Origin: Macrostomum lignano
Taxonomy: Eukaryota
NCBI GenBank assembly: GCA_002269645.1
Contig: NIVC01002417.1
Span: 1 to 64,000 of the forward strand
DNA length: 64,000 bases
Direction: 5' to 3'
Of this stretch, positions 24,361-37,703 are shown piece after piece. The notes under the pieces were generated by a model that saw nothing but the letters and a program-made list of their open reading frames with translations, was not told the DNA's origin and made no database searches. A program made the position numbers and the translations under genes. Position 1 is the stretch's first letter. Each line of letters begins with the position of its first letter.

Positions 24361-27221
24361 GGGGTTATTTTTATTCTTTTACGGTTTGCAGGTAATTTTT
24401 TGCATCATGGTGCTAACTGAAGTTTTTATTGTTTGTAATTTGTTAATTTTCGTTTTTATGTACTTCAGGCTCCATTTTGTAGGGAATTTCACGCTGGAAC
24501 AGCTGTTTTTTTCATTTTTTTATTATTAATTTATTGTCAACGCATTTTGCTGTGCTGTTCGTTTCGTGTTTCGATGGTATTTTTTCTATGCATCTTGTTA
24601 GTGTTGTCTGTATTTGTCGTTTGTCCTACTATAAGTAGGTGAATAGCAATTTCCTCGTTTACAATTTCTCCATTCTGGATCTGAAGAAGTCCAATACTGC
24701 AATTATCTTTTTGTTTTTAATTTGTAAACTGTATTTACAATAATTAGTTTTTGTACATAGATCCAACTTATTAATTGTGCAATTGTAAACTAATCATGTC
24801 TAGTTGTGTCAAGGTAGTATTATTTATGTTTGTAATAAACATGCTTTGTCAGGTACTTTGCGAATGGTGTCTAAAATTAAGTGATACTTTCTGCATATTA
24901 GATTTTTTAAGCTAACAAGTTTAAAGTCATTGGAACGTAAAAAATTTCATCTCATCCTTGAGACCTCAAAACTTGTTGAATAAAAAATCGAATAGACACA
25001 AGTATCACTGCATTTTATTCACCCCTCGTAATCATTGTATATATTTTTATATTAAAAAATTATGCTTATTTTGTCGTTTTAATTGACTTTTGATTTCACT
25101 TAATTGATAGTCAGATAGGAACTGAGGTAAAAAAACAACCCATGCCTGTTACACGTCAGCGAAGTGACTTTAAATATTTGAATAATTAATTAGTTGCTAT
25201 CGCAACAATCAAACAGGCTACAGTAATAATTATTTGTTTTTAAATAAGCGCTCATAGTTTCCGGATAGGGCAACTTATGTGGCATTGTTCTCACTCTAAT
25301 TGCTTTCTCGTTGCCTAAGCTCATTTGAGCGACACTTACCATTTAATGTCGGGGATTTTCGGTAAAGCACAACTTTCCCCATAGACAAAGCTTTGGAACC
25401 AAATAAAAAATCCTATTTTTACTTCCACAAATTTTTATAGAAAACTTAAAACAGACGCTTTAATATAAGTAGTATTATTTGCTTATGAATCTGCCCAGGT
25501 CAGAAAAGTTTAACGGTAAACGCGTCTTGTGTGTGGCGACTTCCCAGTCCTCGGACTGATCAGCCGTAAGCAGCCTTCAGATGCGCTGCGCAATAGCTTC
25601 AGCTGAGCTGTCGGTTGCACATCTGGCCTAATTGGGGCAGGTGTAATCAATTATTATTATTTGCCTGTCAACACGTCAGCTAAAGCAACTACAAAAAATG
25701 TTTTTTAGCAACATATCGGCAGGCTAAAATATTTCTACTTGCTGCTCAAAGTTTCCGGATAAGATGATTTTTTTGGGCTTCTAAACAGTAGCCTAATGTT
25801 GTCTTAACTAACTTGAGCTACAGAACTTCTCTAGGGAATTTTCCTTGACCAATTCCGCTGACTCCTGAACATATACAAGCGCGCCAATACTCAAACACAC
25901 GCTCATATAGGGTGTACAGCGTCTCCATTGACTTTCCAATCGTCAGACATGTGCACTCTCTGAGCCTTAGGGGGCTGGCCTTCATGGCTGTGATCTCTCG
26001 ACAGCTCCCTGATCAGGCTGCTCAGGGAATCGAACCAGGCTTTGTGTGGCTCCTCCTGACTTAATTCCCACCTTTAGAAACTTGAAAAATTAGCAAAAAA
26101 ACCTAATAAGCATTATTAACATTCAGCCATGTATCAATTTTATTAAAAGCTTGGCTTGTTTTGGCATTAAGCCAACCTATTGACAACTTTGAGCTTATTG
26201 ATAAACGGAGTCAATGGCTAAGATGAGCAAAAGTTTGCTCAACCGGATAAAGGTGATAATTATAAACTCTTGTTACAAAAACTGTCATCTTACTGATTGC
26301 AAACTACAGTCGTACACGATTGAAAAGAATAACATTTCTTAATTTTGCCTGTTACACGTCAGCTCAACGGCATTAGTTCAGTATGCGACTTTGAGCAACA
26401 AAGAGCAGGCTATATAATAGTAATATTAGTAATTAATATTGCCGGCTCATAGTTTCCGGATAAGACGACATTTTTATGGCTTTCTCAACTAGTGCAACGT
26501 CGCCTTAACTAACTTGACCTACACGTGCTATTAGGATTGGTCTCATTTGTTTTTCATCACGTTGAAGTACAATTCCTATAGTGGAGTCAATGCGGCACTG
26601 GATGAGTACCATTGCACTCATTGTGCGATTGTAAACCAATCATATCAAGTTGTATCTACGACTTGTAGGTAGTAACTATTTATTTTTGTAATCAACCTGC
26701 TTTGCCAGGTACTTGAGAATGGTGTCCAAAGAATTGGAAAGTGAAAAATTTCAGCTTTTCTTTTGACTTCAAACTTGTTGAATTATAAATCAAATAGAGA
26801 AAAGTATCTGCATTTTAGACGCCCCTCGTAATCATTGTATATATATATTTTTTTAAAAATGGTGCTTATTTTGTCGTTTTAATTGACTTTTGATTTCACT
26901 TAAATAGATTGTCAGATAGTGAATAGTTGCTAGTCTTAAATTCGTATATACTAACAAAGTAAACTAACTAACGTGTATAATACTATACTAAGTAGTATTA
27001 TTTGCTTATAAATCTGCCCAGGTCAAAATAGTTCAACGCGGTAAACGCGTGTCTTCTAATACTCGCGCTGCAACCCCTGGTTTGAATCGGGGGATTTTCG
27101 CGCGATTTACATGCACGAGGGCCAACCCCCAAGGCACAGAGTGTACATGTCTGACGATTAGAAAGTCTGGGCCGTTGTACACCCTGGATGAGCGTGTACG
27201 TGTATGAGTGCGCGTCTGGCA

Positions 27222-27598
27222 TCCTGACACCCTATATTGACACTTCCTGACACCCTATATTGACACTTCCTGACACCCTATATTGACACTTCCTGACACC
27301 CTATATTGACACTTCCTGACACCCTATATTGACACTTCCTGACACCCTATATTGACACTTTCTGACACTCTATATTGACACTTCCTGACTCGCTATATTG
27401 ACACTTCCTGACACCCTATATTGACACTTCCTGACACCCTATATTGACGAATCCTGACACCCTATATTGACACTTGCTGACACCCTATATTGACGAATCC
27501 TGACACCCTATATTGACACTTCCTGACACCCTATATTGACACATCCTGACACCCTATATTGACACTTCCTGACACCCTATATTGACACTTCCTGACAT
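27222..27598. repeat. 23-bp minisatellite cctgacaccctatattgacactt inside the 1.9-kb unit (first copy)
   Basis: Seen directly. Confidence 0.95.
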
Positions 27599-29124
27599 TC
27601 CCAACCCGTATGTACAATAACAAAAATATGCACTGTCGTAGAAGTCACGAACAACTTCCGGATAAGATGATTTTTTTGGGCTTCTAAACAGTAGCCTAAT
27701 GTTGTCTTAACTAACTTGAGCTACAGAACTTCTCTAGGGAATTTTCCTTGACCAATTCCGCTGACTCCTGAACATATACAAGCGCGCCAATACTCAAACA
27801 CACGCTCATATAGGGTGTACAGCGTCTCCATTGACTTTCCAATCGTCAGACATGTGCACTCTCTGAGCCTTAGGGGGCTGGCCTTCATGGCTGTGATCTC
27901 TCGACAGCTCCCTGATCAGGCTGCTCAGGGAATCGAACCAGGCTTTGTGTGGCTCCTCCTGACTTAATTCCCACCTTTAGAAACTTGAAAAATTAGCAAA
28001 AAAACCTAATAAGCATTATTAACATTCAGCCATGTATCAATTTTATTAAAAGCTTGTCTTGTTTTGGCATTAAGCCAACCTATTGACAACTTTGAGCTTA
28101 TTGATAAACGGAGTCAATGGCTAAGATGAGCAAAAGTTTGCTCAACCGGATAAAGGTGATAATTATAAACTCTTGTTACAAAAACTGTCATCTTACTGAT
28201 TGCAAACTACAGTCGTACACGATTGAAAAGAATAACATTTCTTAATTTTGCCTGTTACACGTCAGCTCAACGGCATTAGTTCAGTATGCGACTTTGAGCA
28301 ACAAAGAGCAGGCTATATAATAGTAATATTAGTAATTAATATTGCCGGCTCATAGTTTCCGGATAAGACGACATTTTTATGGCTTTCTCAACTAGTGCAA
28401 CGTCGCCTTAACTAACTTGACCTACACGTGCTATTAGGATTGGTCTCATTTGTTTTTCATCACGTTGAAGTACAATTCCTATAGTGGAGTCAATGCGGCA
28501 CTGGATGAGTACCATTGCACTCATTGTGCGATTGTAAACCAATCATATCAAGTTGTATCTACGACTTGTAGGTAGTAACTATTTATTTTTGTAATCAACC
28601 TGCTTTGCCAGGTACTTGAGAATGGTGTCCAAAGAATTGGAAAGTGAAAAATTTCAGCTTTTCTTTTGACTTCAAACTTGTTGAATTATAAATCAAATAG
28701 AGAAAAGTATCTGCATTTTAGACGCCCCTCGTAATCATTGTATATATATATTTTTTTAAAAATGGTGCTTATTTTGTCGTTTTAATTGACTTTTGATTTC
28801 ACTTAAATAGATTGTCAGATAGTGAATAGTTGCTAGTCTTAAATTCGTATATACTAACAAAGTAAACTAACTAACGTGTATAATACTATACTAAGTAGTA
28901 TTATTTGCTTATAAATCTGCCCAGGTCAAAATAGTTCAACGCGGTAAACGCGTGTCTTCTAATACTCGCGCTGCAACCCCTGGTTTGAATCGGGGGATTT
29001 TCGCGCGATTTACATGCACGAGGGCCAACCCCCAAGGCACAGAGTGTACATGTCTGACGATTAGAAAGTCTGGGCCGTTGTACACCCTGGATGAGCGTGT
29101 ACGTGTATGAGTGCGCGTCTGGCA

Positions 29125-29501
29125 TCCTGACACCCTATATTGACACTTCCTGACACCCTATATTGACACTTCCTGACACCCTATATTGACACTTCCTGAC
29201 ACCCTATATTGACACTTCCTGACACCCTATATTGACACTTCCTGACACCCTATATTGACACTTTCTGACACTCTATATTGACACTTCCTGACTCGCTATA
29301 TTGACACTTCCTGACACCCTATATTGACACTTCCTGACACCCTATATTGACGAATCCTGACACCCTATATTGACACTTGCTGACACCCTATATTGACGAA
29401 TCCTGACACCCTATATTGACACTTCCTGACACCCTATATTGACACATCCTGACACCCTATATTGACACTTCCTGACACCCTATATTGACACTTCCTGACA
29501 T
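29125..29501. repeat. 23-bp minisatellite cctgacaccctatattgacactt (second copy)
   Basis: Same variant order as the copy at 27222. Confidence 0.95.
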
Positions 29502-30529
29502 TCCCAACCCGTATGTACAATAACAAAAATATGCACTGTCGTAGAAGTCACGAACAACTTCCGGATAAGATGATTTTTTTGGGCTTCTAAACAGTAGCCT
29601 AATGTTGTCTTAACTAACTTGAGCTACAGAACTTCTCTAGGGAATTTTCCTTGACCAATTCCGCTGACTCCTGAACATATACAAGCGCGCCAATACTCAA
29701 ACACACGCTCATATAGGGTGTACAGCGTCTCCATTGACTTTCCAATCGTCAGACATGTGCACTCTCTGAGCCTTAGGGGGCTGGCCTTCATGGCTGTGAT
29801 CTCTCGACAGCTCCCTGATCAGGCTGCTCAGGGAATCGAACCAGGCTTTGTGTGGCTCCTCCTGACTTAATTCCCACCTTTAGAAACTTGAAAAATTAGC
29901 AAAAAAACCTAATAAGCATTATTAACATTCAGCCATGTATCAATTTTATTAAAAGCTTGTCTTGTTTTGGCATTAAGCCAACCTATTGACAACTTTGAGC
30001 TTATTGATAAACGGAGTCAATGGCTAAGATGAGCAAAAGTTTGCTCAACCGGATAAAGGTGATAATTATAAACTCTTGTTACAAAAACTGTCATCTTACT
30101 GATTGCAAACTACAGTCGTACACGATTGAAAAGAATAACATTTCTTAATTTTGCCTGTTACACGTCAGCTCAACGGCATTAGTTCAGTATGCGACTTTGA
30201 GCAACAAAGAGCAGGCTATATAATAGTAATATTAGTAATTAATATTGCCGGCTCATAGTTTCCGGATAAGACGACATTTTTATGGCTTCGGTGCTCGGTG
30301 TATGGCTTCTTGCTGTTGCCGCTGTGTCTATCAATAGCCCTGCTTTCGTCTTAACTAACTTGAGCCACATTTGATGTCCTGCGGCTGCAGTGGCGAATGC
30401 AGATGTATTCTTGTGTATTTTGGGAATATAATTTCGAGTTTGCTTAGGGCCGAGTGTACCTCCTAGTATTTGTTTGTTCATGATAGTAGCAAACTTTTAC
30501 AACTAGTTGCTATACTGCTACTAGAGTTA

Positions 30530-30780
30530 CATCTCGGTTGCTATGCGGATACAGCCGTTGCTATGCTTTAAAAAATCCAGTTGCTATGCGGATGCGACCG
30601 TTGCTAAGCTAAAAAAAATCCAATTGCTATGCGGATGCAACCATTGCTGAGCTTAAAGAATCCAGTTGCTATGCGGATACAACCGTTGCTAAGCTTTAAA
30701 ACACTAGTTGCTATGCGGATGCAACCGTTGCTAAGCCTAAAATCTCCAGCTGCTATGCGGATACTGATATCGTTGCTAAG
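30530..30780. repeat. Degenerate gttgctatgcggat / gttgctaagc repeats upstream of the HemK start
   Basis: Seen directly. Confidence 0.8.
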
Positions 30781-30916
30781 GTGATTCTGGTTAAAAAAGC
30801 TTACTGTGCAGCTTAATCGATTGTTTAACTCCACGTTTCGTGTTTAACTACTTGACCCAGCCTGTTCCTTGTTCCAGCCTGGCCTTCAGTCGCAGGCGCC
30901 GGCATTAACAGTTGCT

Positions 30917-32855
30917 ATGGCAACACGTGTATCCAAGCTACGCAGTCGTCTGCATCGCCTATTTTCCAAGGTCGGCGTGCCCGATCCCGGAGCGAGCGCC
31001 AAGTACCTGTTGGCTCACTGCATAGGCCAGCGAACGGTGAGAGGTGCACTTTTACTGGAATTCTAGGAAATGAAGCTAAGCCATGATACCCGTTGCTATG
31101 GGGCTAATAAACCTGTTGCTATGGAGCTAATAAACCTGTTGCTATGAAGCTAATGATACCCGTTGTTATAGAGCTAATGATACTCGTTTCTATGGAGCTA
31201 ATAATACCCGTTGCTATGGTGCTATTGATATCCGTTGCTATCGAGCTAATGATATCTGTTGCTATCGAGCTAATGATATCCGTTGCTATGGGGCAAATGA
31301 TACCAGTTGCTATAGAGCTAATGATACTCGTTTCTATGGAGCTAATGATATCCGTTGCTATCGAGCTAATGATACCCGTTGCTATGGAGCTAATGATACT
31401 CGTTTCTATGGAGCTAATGATATCCGTTGCTATCGAGCTAATGATATCCGTTGCTATGGAGCTAATGAAATCCGTTGCTATCGAGCTAATGATATCCGTT
31501 GATATGGGGCAAATGATATCCGTTGCTATGGCGCTAATGATATCCGTTGCTATCGAGCTAATGATATCCGTTGCTATGGGGCAAATGATATCCGTTGCTA
31601 TGGCGCTATAGATTACAGCTGTTATATCGTGCTATAGATATGTTTTCACTATTTTTGACTAGTTTTGACTATTGTCTATGGCTATTATTTCTGAGCCATT
31701 AACCTTTCCGCGCCGGAGCTAGAAATGCAAAAGCTCCGTTCCTGCCGACATGGTCAGCTGGGCTGGCCATAGACTATAACTATAATCTTAATGAAGTTAT
31801 AGGAGCAAGAGCAATTGACTCTCCCATGAAAGCTGACTGCACAAGAATCCATAAGAGCCTGTTGATTTCAACACAAGTTTTGGCCATAGACTAATGTTAG
31901 CCAGGCTGAACACTGCGCGCAAACCGATTCCTTCCCATGTGTGTTTGCTCCATAGACTCAGCAACCATAGACAATTGCTTGTTTGTCTTTTCCTCACTTT
32001 TTTCTCTAACCTTTATGTACATAACACTGGCCTGTTCACACGCGCTCCTTCGAATAAACTTTTTCTTGACCACATCATGGAGCTGAGATCCGCAGCTTTC
32101 ATTTGAATCAAGTTACAATTGAAACAGACTGAAATTATGTCCGCTAGAAGACATCGTAGCAAGGGTTCCGGAACTTTTGACGGACAGTATAGCAATAGCC
32201 ACTACAGCACTTTGAAATCTGCAAGCAGGCCTTTTTGAAAGAAAAAGCACTGCACCTCTTTAATACGAGTAGTGCATCATTTTATTTAAAAGTAAATCAG
32301 CTTTTAAAGCTCTGCTGACCATCCGGCAGCTTAAAGTTGAGACCCCGCTATTTCTTTTTAATACAAAAAGGAAAATTTCTGCTTCAGTTTGGCATAGACA
32401 CCAACAAATGTAATTGCCGCTACGATCAAGCACTAGACTTCGACTTCCTTTACTTATAACAGTACCCATCTATTCTTATCTAATCTACCTGTCTATTCAA
32501 ATTATCGAGTTCTGCATGTTTACTATTTGTTTACTCCTAGCTGACCCGGGAGCACAGTCGTTTAGAATTAACTGCCCAACAATTATCGAAGCTAACTGGC
32601 CTATGCAACAGAAGACTTCAAAGGTAACTAATCAAGTTTAAAGTTTCTCATAAAGTCATATCGTAATAATTCTCGTTAATAAAATTTTCAAGGGAGCCGC
32701 TGCAGTACATTCTTGGAGAATGGTATTTTCGCGATGTCAGTTTGGTTATGCGAGCTCCCGTGTTCATTCCCAGGCCCGAGACGGAGGTGGGTTTCCGGTA
32801 CATGTAAAATCTCCATTCTGTTTGTCTTGCCTTTGCCTGTCTGTCTCTGTGTCTG

Positions 32856-32886
<31 letters not shown>

Positions 32887-33007
32887 GTCTGTCTGTCTCT
32901 CTCTGTCTGTCTCTGTGTCTGTCTGTCTGTCTGTCTCTGTGTCTGTCTGTCTGCCTGTCTGTCTCTCTGTCTCTGTGTCTGTCTGCCTACCTGTCTGTCT
33001 GTCTCTG

Positions 33008-33046
<39 letters not shown>

Positions 33047-33047
33047 G

Positions 33048-33098
<51 letters not shown>

Positions 33099-33193
33099 GT
33101 CTCTGTGTCTGTCTGTCTGTCTGTCTGTCTGTCTGCCTGCCTGTCTGTCTGTCTCTGTGTCTGTCTGTCTGTCTGTCTGCCTATCTGTCTGTC

Positions 33194-33224
<31 letters not shown>

Positions 33225-33227
33225 GCC

Positions 33228-33294
<67 letters not shown>

Positions 33295-36252
33295 GTTACC
33301 ATCAGCCAGAGTGTCTGCCCCATCCCCGCAGAAGCTGGTAGACCTGGCAAAGCAGTGCTGGTCCGCAGTCGGAGCTTCATCATCGCATCCGCACAGCCTC
33401 TCCCGCCCTCGCCTGTTCAGCGAGGTGTGCACCGGCTCCGGTGCCGTGTCCGTCTGTCTGCTTCGCGACCTTCCGCAGGTCAGCAAAACGTTTTCCAATG
33501 TTATTGCAACAGTTTTTCCCTTCTAAGACAAAACTGCAGAAGCTTCTTTAGTGTCGCCGTCAATGTTGCCCTTCTAATTTCCTGGGGAATTTCTCTTCTT
33601 TGAACGGCCTTGATTAAAAAAGCGCCTACAAAGAAAAACGGCTTCTTGGCTTTGACTTGCTTTTGCTACCTAATGATGAGGAAATTGGACACCCGGTTAC
33701 CTGAGTCTGGCAATTAGCTGGCTAACTTTGATATCATATTAGTTACTATCTGTGCTGACAGTGTCTCCCAGAATTGATCAGTTATCTTAACTCAATATTG
33801 AAATTATCCTAAATGGCCGATGCGATTATCCTAAATCACTACAGCTTATCTTAAACTCACTAATGAGATTATCCTAAATCACTACAGCTTATCTTAAACT
33901 CACTAATGAGATTATCCTAAATCACTAATGAGATCATCCTAAATCACTAATGATATTATCGTAAATCACTAATGAGATTATCCCAAATCACTAATGAGAT
34001 TATCCCAAATCACTAATGAGATGATCCCAAATCACTAATGAGATCATCCTAAATCACTAATGAGATCATCCTAAATCACTAATGAGATTATCCCAAATCA
34101 CTAATGAGATTATCCTAAATCACTAATGAGATCATCCTAAATCACTAATGAGATTATCGTAAATCACTAATGAGATCATCCTAAATCACTAATGATATTA
34201 TCGTAAATCACTAATGAGATCATCCTTAATCACTAATGAGATCATCCTAAATCACTAATGAGATTATCCCAAATCACTAATGAGATTATCCTAAATCACT
34301 AATGAGATTATCCCAAATCACTAATGAGATGATCCCAAATCACTAATGAGATTATCCCAAATCACTAATGAGATGATCCCAAATCACTAATGAGATTATC
34401 CCAAATCACTAATGAGATTATCCTAAATCACTAATGAGATTATCCCAAATCACTAATGAGATGATCCCAAATTATTAATGAGATTATCTTTAATCACTAA
34501 TGAGATTATCCTTAATCACTAATGAGATTATCCCAAATCACTAATGAGATGATCCTAAATCAATAATGAAATTATCTTTAATCACTAATGCGATTATCTT
34601 TAATCACTAATGAGATTATCTTTAATCACTAATGAGATTATCCTTAATCACTAATGAGATTATCCCAAAACCGGCACAATTCAGGCGCACTGCCTGGCCA
34701 TTGAGCTTCTGCCCGAAGCTTGCCATCTGACCTGGGAGAATTGCCATCGCAACGGCGTCTCTAATCGGCTTCATTTGATTAACGCGTCCCTAGCAACGCC
34801 CGGGTTACTAGGACGCGCTCCGCCACTTTCGCTAATAGTTGCTAATCCACCCTACGTACCGGAACTCGATATGCGACAATTGCAACCGGAAGTGACCTTC
34901 GAATCGCCCGTTGCTTTGCGCGGCGGCGGCATCGGCGGTTTGGGAGTCATTGTTCAGCTCATGGACTTCGCCGATGCCCGATTAGCAACTGGCGGGTGAG
35001 TCATTTGGATTGGCTGGGTCGTAAAGCGTATGGTAGCTTTTGAGGTCATGAAGTCGTAGGCTGAAAAGTAGCTTTCAGTCAATTCTATGGGGTTCATACA
35101 GATAGGTCATGAAAATTTTGGTCATTGATATTGGTCATAACAAATATGGTCATTGTTGTTACTCTTAACAAATTTGGTCATTCATGTTGGTCATAACAGT
35201 TGGGGTCATTATTATTGATCATATAAAATTGGTCATTGATATTGATGGTAAGAATTAGGGTCATTAATATTAGTCATAACAATTGGAGTCATTATTATTG
35301 GTTATTGATATTGATAGTAAGAATTAAGGTCATTAATATTAGTCATAACCACTGGGGTCATTATTATTGGTCATTGATATTTATGGTCATAGGTGGTCAT
35401 GAAGAAATGGGTTCATTAATATTGGTCATAACAATTGGGGTCATTATTGGTAATTGATATTGATAGTAAGAATTAAGTCATTAACATTGGTCATAACAAT
35501 AGGCTCATTATTTTTGGTCAATAATATTGATGGTAAGAATTAGGTTCATTAATATCGGTCATAACAATAGGGGTCATTATTATTGGTCATTAATATTGAT
35601 GGTAAGAATTAGGTTTATTAATATCGGTAATAACAATAGGGGTCATTATTATTGGTCATTAATATTGATGGTAAGAATTAGGTTCATTAATATTGGTCAT
35701 AACAATAGGGGTCATTATTATTGGTCATTGATAATGATGGTAAGAATAAGGTTCATTAATATTGGCCATTAAAATTGGGGTCATTATTATTGGTTATTGA
35801 TATTGATAATAAGAATTAGGTTCATTAATATTGGTCATAATAATTAGGGTCATTGTTATTGGTCATTGATATTGATAGTAAAAATTAGGGTCATTAATAT
35901 TGGTCATTACAATTAGGGTCATTGTTACTGGTCATTGATATTGATAGTAAGAATTAGGGTCATTAATTTTGGTCATAACTACCGTGGTCAATGATATTGG
36001 TCATATTATGGTCATTATAATTAATGATCACTTCATTCGCTATTGCAGCGTATAATTTCGTGGTTATTAGTTGAAGAATGTTTGATATATGAGTGTTAAT
36101 TTTTTATTTTAAGGTGGCTGGCATTCGAAATGGACTCAAGTCATGGTCAACTGTTGAGAGATCGGTTCCAAAATCGAGGCTCGTTACGCCTGGATCGCAT
36201 CGAATCGGACTTTGCTGATAAAGAGAGATTCTGCTTGTACAGGAAATTGTAA
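30917..36252 (+). CDS. HEMK1: HemK/PrmC-family N5-glutamine methyltransferase (release factor MTase), 297 aa; exons 30917-31036, 32541-32623, 32693-32786, 33332-33478, 34685-34995, 36114-36252
   Basis: Hand-spliced with GT-AG junctions and consistent phases (894 nt). Motifs: [35 protein letters not shown]...[13 protein letters not shown] motif [30 protein letters not shown]. Orthology to HEMK1 is inferred from motif similarity. Confidence 0.92.
31085..31610. repeat. Intronic 24-bp minisatellite gttgctatggagctaatgatatcc
   Basis: Seen directly in HemK intron 1. Confidence 0.95.
32836..33295. repeat. (TCTG)n microsatellite, HemK intron 3
   Basis: Seen directly. Confidence 0.97.
33800..34668. 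repeat. Intronic 22-bp minisatellite aaatcactaatgagattatccc
   Basis: Seen directly in HemK intron 4. It ends about 15 nt before the acceptor. Confidence 0.95.
35110..36015. repeat. Degenerate intronic minisatellite (ggtcattaatattggtcataacaa... units)
   Basis: Seen directly in HemK intron 5. Confidence 0.9.
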
Positions 36253-36399
36253 ATTCTTTATTGTTATCGTTGTTTGGTAATTATAAATATACTGCATGCT
36301 AATGCTAGGCCTTTTTTATTTGAAACCTTAAACAAAAATTGCATTGGCTTGGTTTGTTTTTTAATTGCTTTTTTCACAGAAATTATCTCCTGTAAAACT

Positions 36400-36715
36400 T
36401 GGTCATTTGCAGGCTTGCGTTGGTCATGCACTGATTTAGTCACCAGTCATGTTGGTCATGTACTAAGTTGGTCATGTACTGAGTTGGTCATGTACTGTGT
36501 TGGTCATGTACTTAGTTGATCATGAACTGAGTTGGTCATGAACTGAGTTGGTCATGCACTGTGTTGGTCATGTACTTAGTTGATCATGAACTGAGTTGGT
36601 CATGAACTGAGTTGGTTATGTACTTAGTTGGTTATGCACTGAGTTGCTCATGCACTGAGTTGCTCATGTACTGAGTTGCTCATGTACTGAGTTAGTCATG
36701 AACTGAGTTTGTTAT
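36400..36715. repeat. 16-bp minisatellite ggtcatgtactgagtt downstream of the HemK stop
   Basis: Seen directly. Confidence 0.9.
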
Positions 36716-37124
36716 ATGCATTGAGACGTCCCAGTCCATTAGGGATTAATAAAGAGAGTTGCTCTGTTACTAATCTTACTCATTGATCGCTAAGTAAGTT
36801 GCAGAGTTGCTTCACTCTGTTCCCGATAATGCACTCTTTTCTCAGAATTGGGATGCAGAAAAATGGGCAATAGATATTAATATATACATGTATTCGGTCT
36901 GTATCGATCGATAGTGGTGGTTTCTTTCAGAGTCTGTCTCCCTCTGTCTGTGTGCGCTGGCTGCCTCGAGGTAGGCTGGTGCATGTATGTATATTCGGCG
37001 GATTATTAAGCAATAAAAGATAACTCATAAAATTTTGGAATCTGTTTTTTACTAAGGTTAAATGGTGGTGGTTACAATCAATATATATACATGACATTTA
37101 CAGACTTGCGTCGCTATGCAAACG

Positions 37125-37330
37125 TAAGCTGTCCTCATCTCAGTTTCTCATGCACTCAAGCCTGGCCTCATCTCAGTTTCTCATGCTCTCAAAACTGTTC
37201 TCATCTCAGTTTCTCATGCTCTCAAACCTGGCCTCATTTCAGTTTCTCATGCCCTCAAACCTGGTCTCATCTCAGTTTCTCATGCTCTCAAAACTGTCCT
37301 CATCTCAGTTTCTCATGCCCTCAAACCTGA
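37125..37330. repeat. 33-bp minisatellite (ctcatctcagtttctcatgc...)
   Basis: About 6 copies seen. Confidence 0.9.
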
Positions 37331-37703
37331 CCTTATATCAGTTTCTAATCCCCGTAAACCTGGAATTATATCAGTTTCTCATCACAGAATATTCTGTAGT
37401 TTCTCATATTCAGTTGCTTACAAGTACATGCATGAGTTTCTAACAACGTACAAACGCATTAAGAGCCTATATGCACATGTACCTGATAAGCATCTCAGAA
37501 GCCCTGTATGCCAGATTTTCAGCGGTCACTGCATGCCCCAAACGCGCATTGCTATTGGCTAATCAATAAACAACCAATAGCAACATTTTTATCTAATGCT
37601 ACACGCATATTCTATTAGTATTTTAGACAAGAAAAATACAGTCTAGGATGGACACGTTGTCAATCATTATAAACTGACGTTTAAATTCGACATTCTTCAG
37701 GTA

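Larger units (their letters stand above)
25753..30288. repeat. Tandem segmental repeat, 1903-bp unit, ~2.4 nearly identical copies
   Basis: ttccggataagatgattttttt recurs at 25753, 27656 and 29559. Identical small ORFs occur at 26998/28901 and 27033/28936 (offset 1903). Confidence 0.97.

Noticed and set aside
31700-31760. Candidate HemK exon 2 ([16 protein letters not shown])
   Set aside because: No compatible splice sites; 32541-32623 fits in phase and in sequence.
32688-33603. ORFs of 231-296 aa (QTDR / SVCL repeats)
   Set aside because: (TCTG)n translation; only the HemK exons inside them are real.
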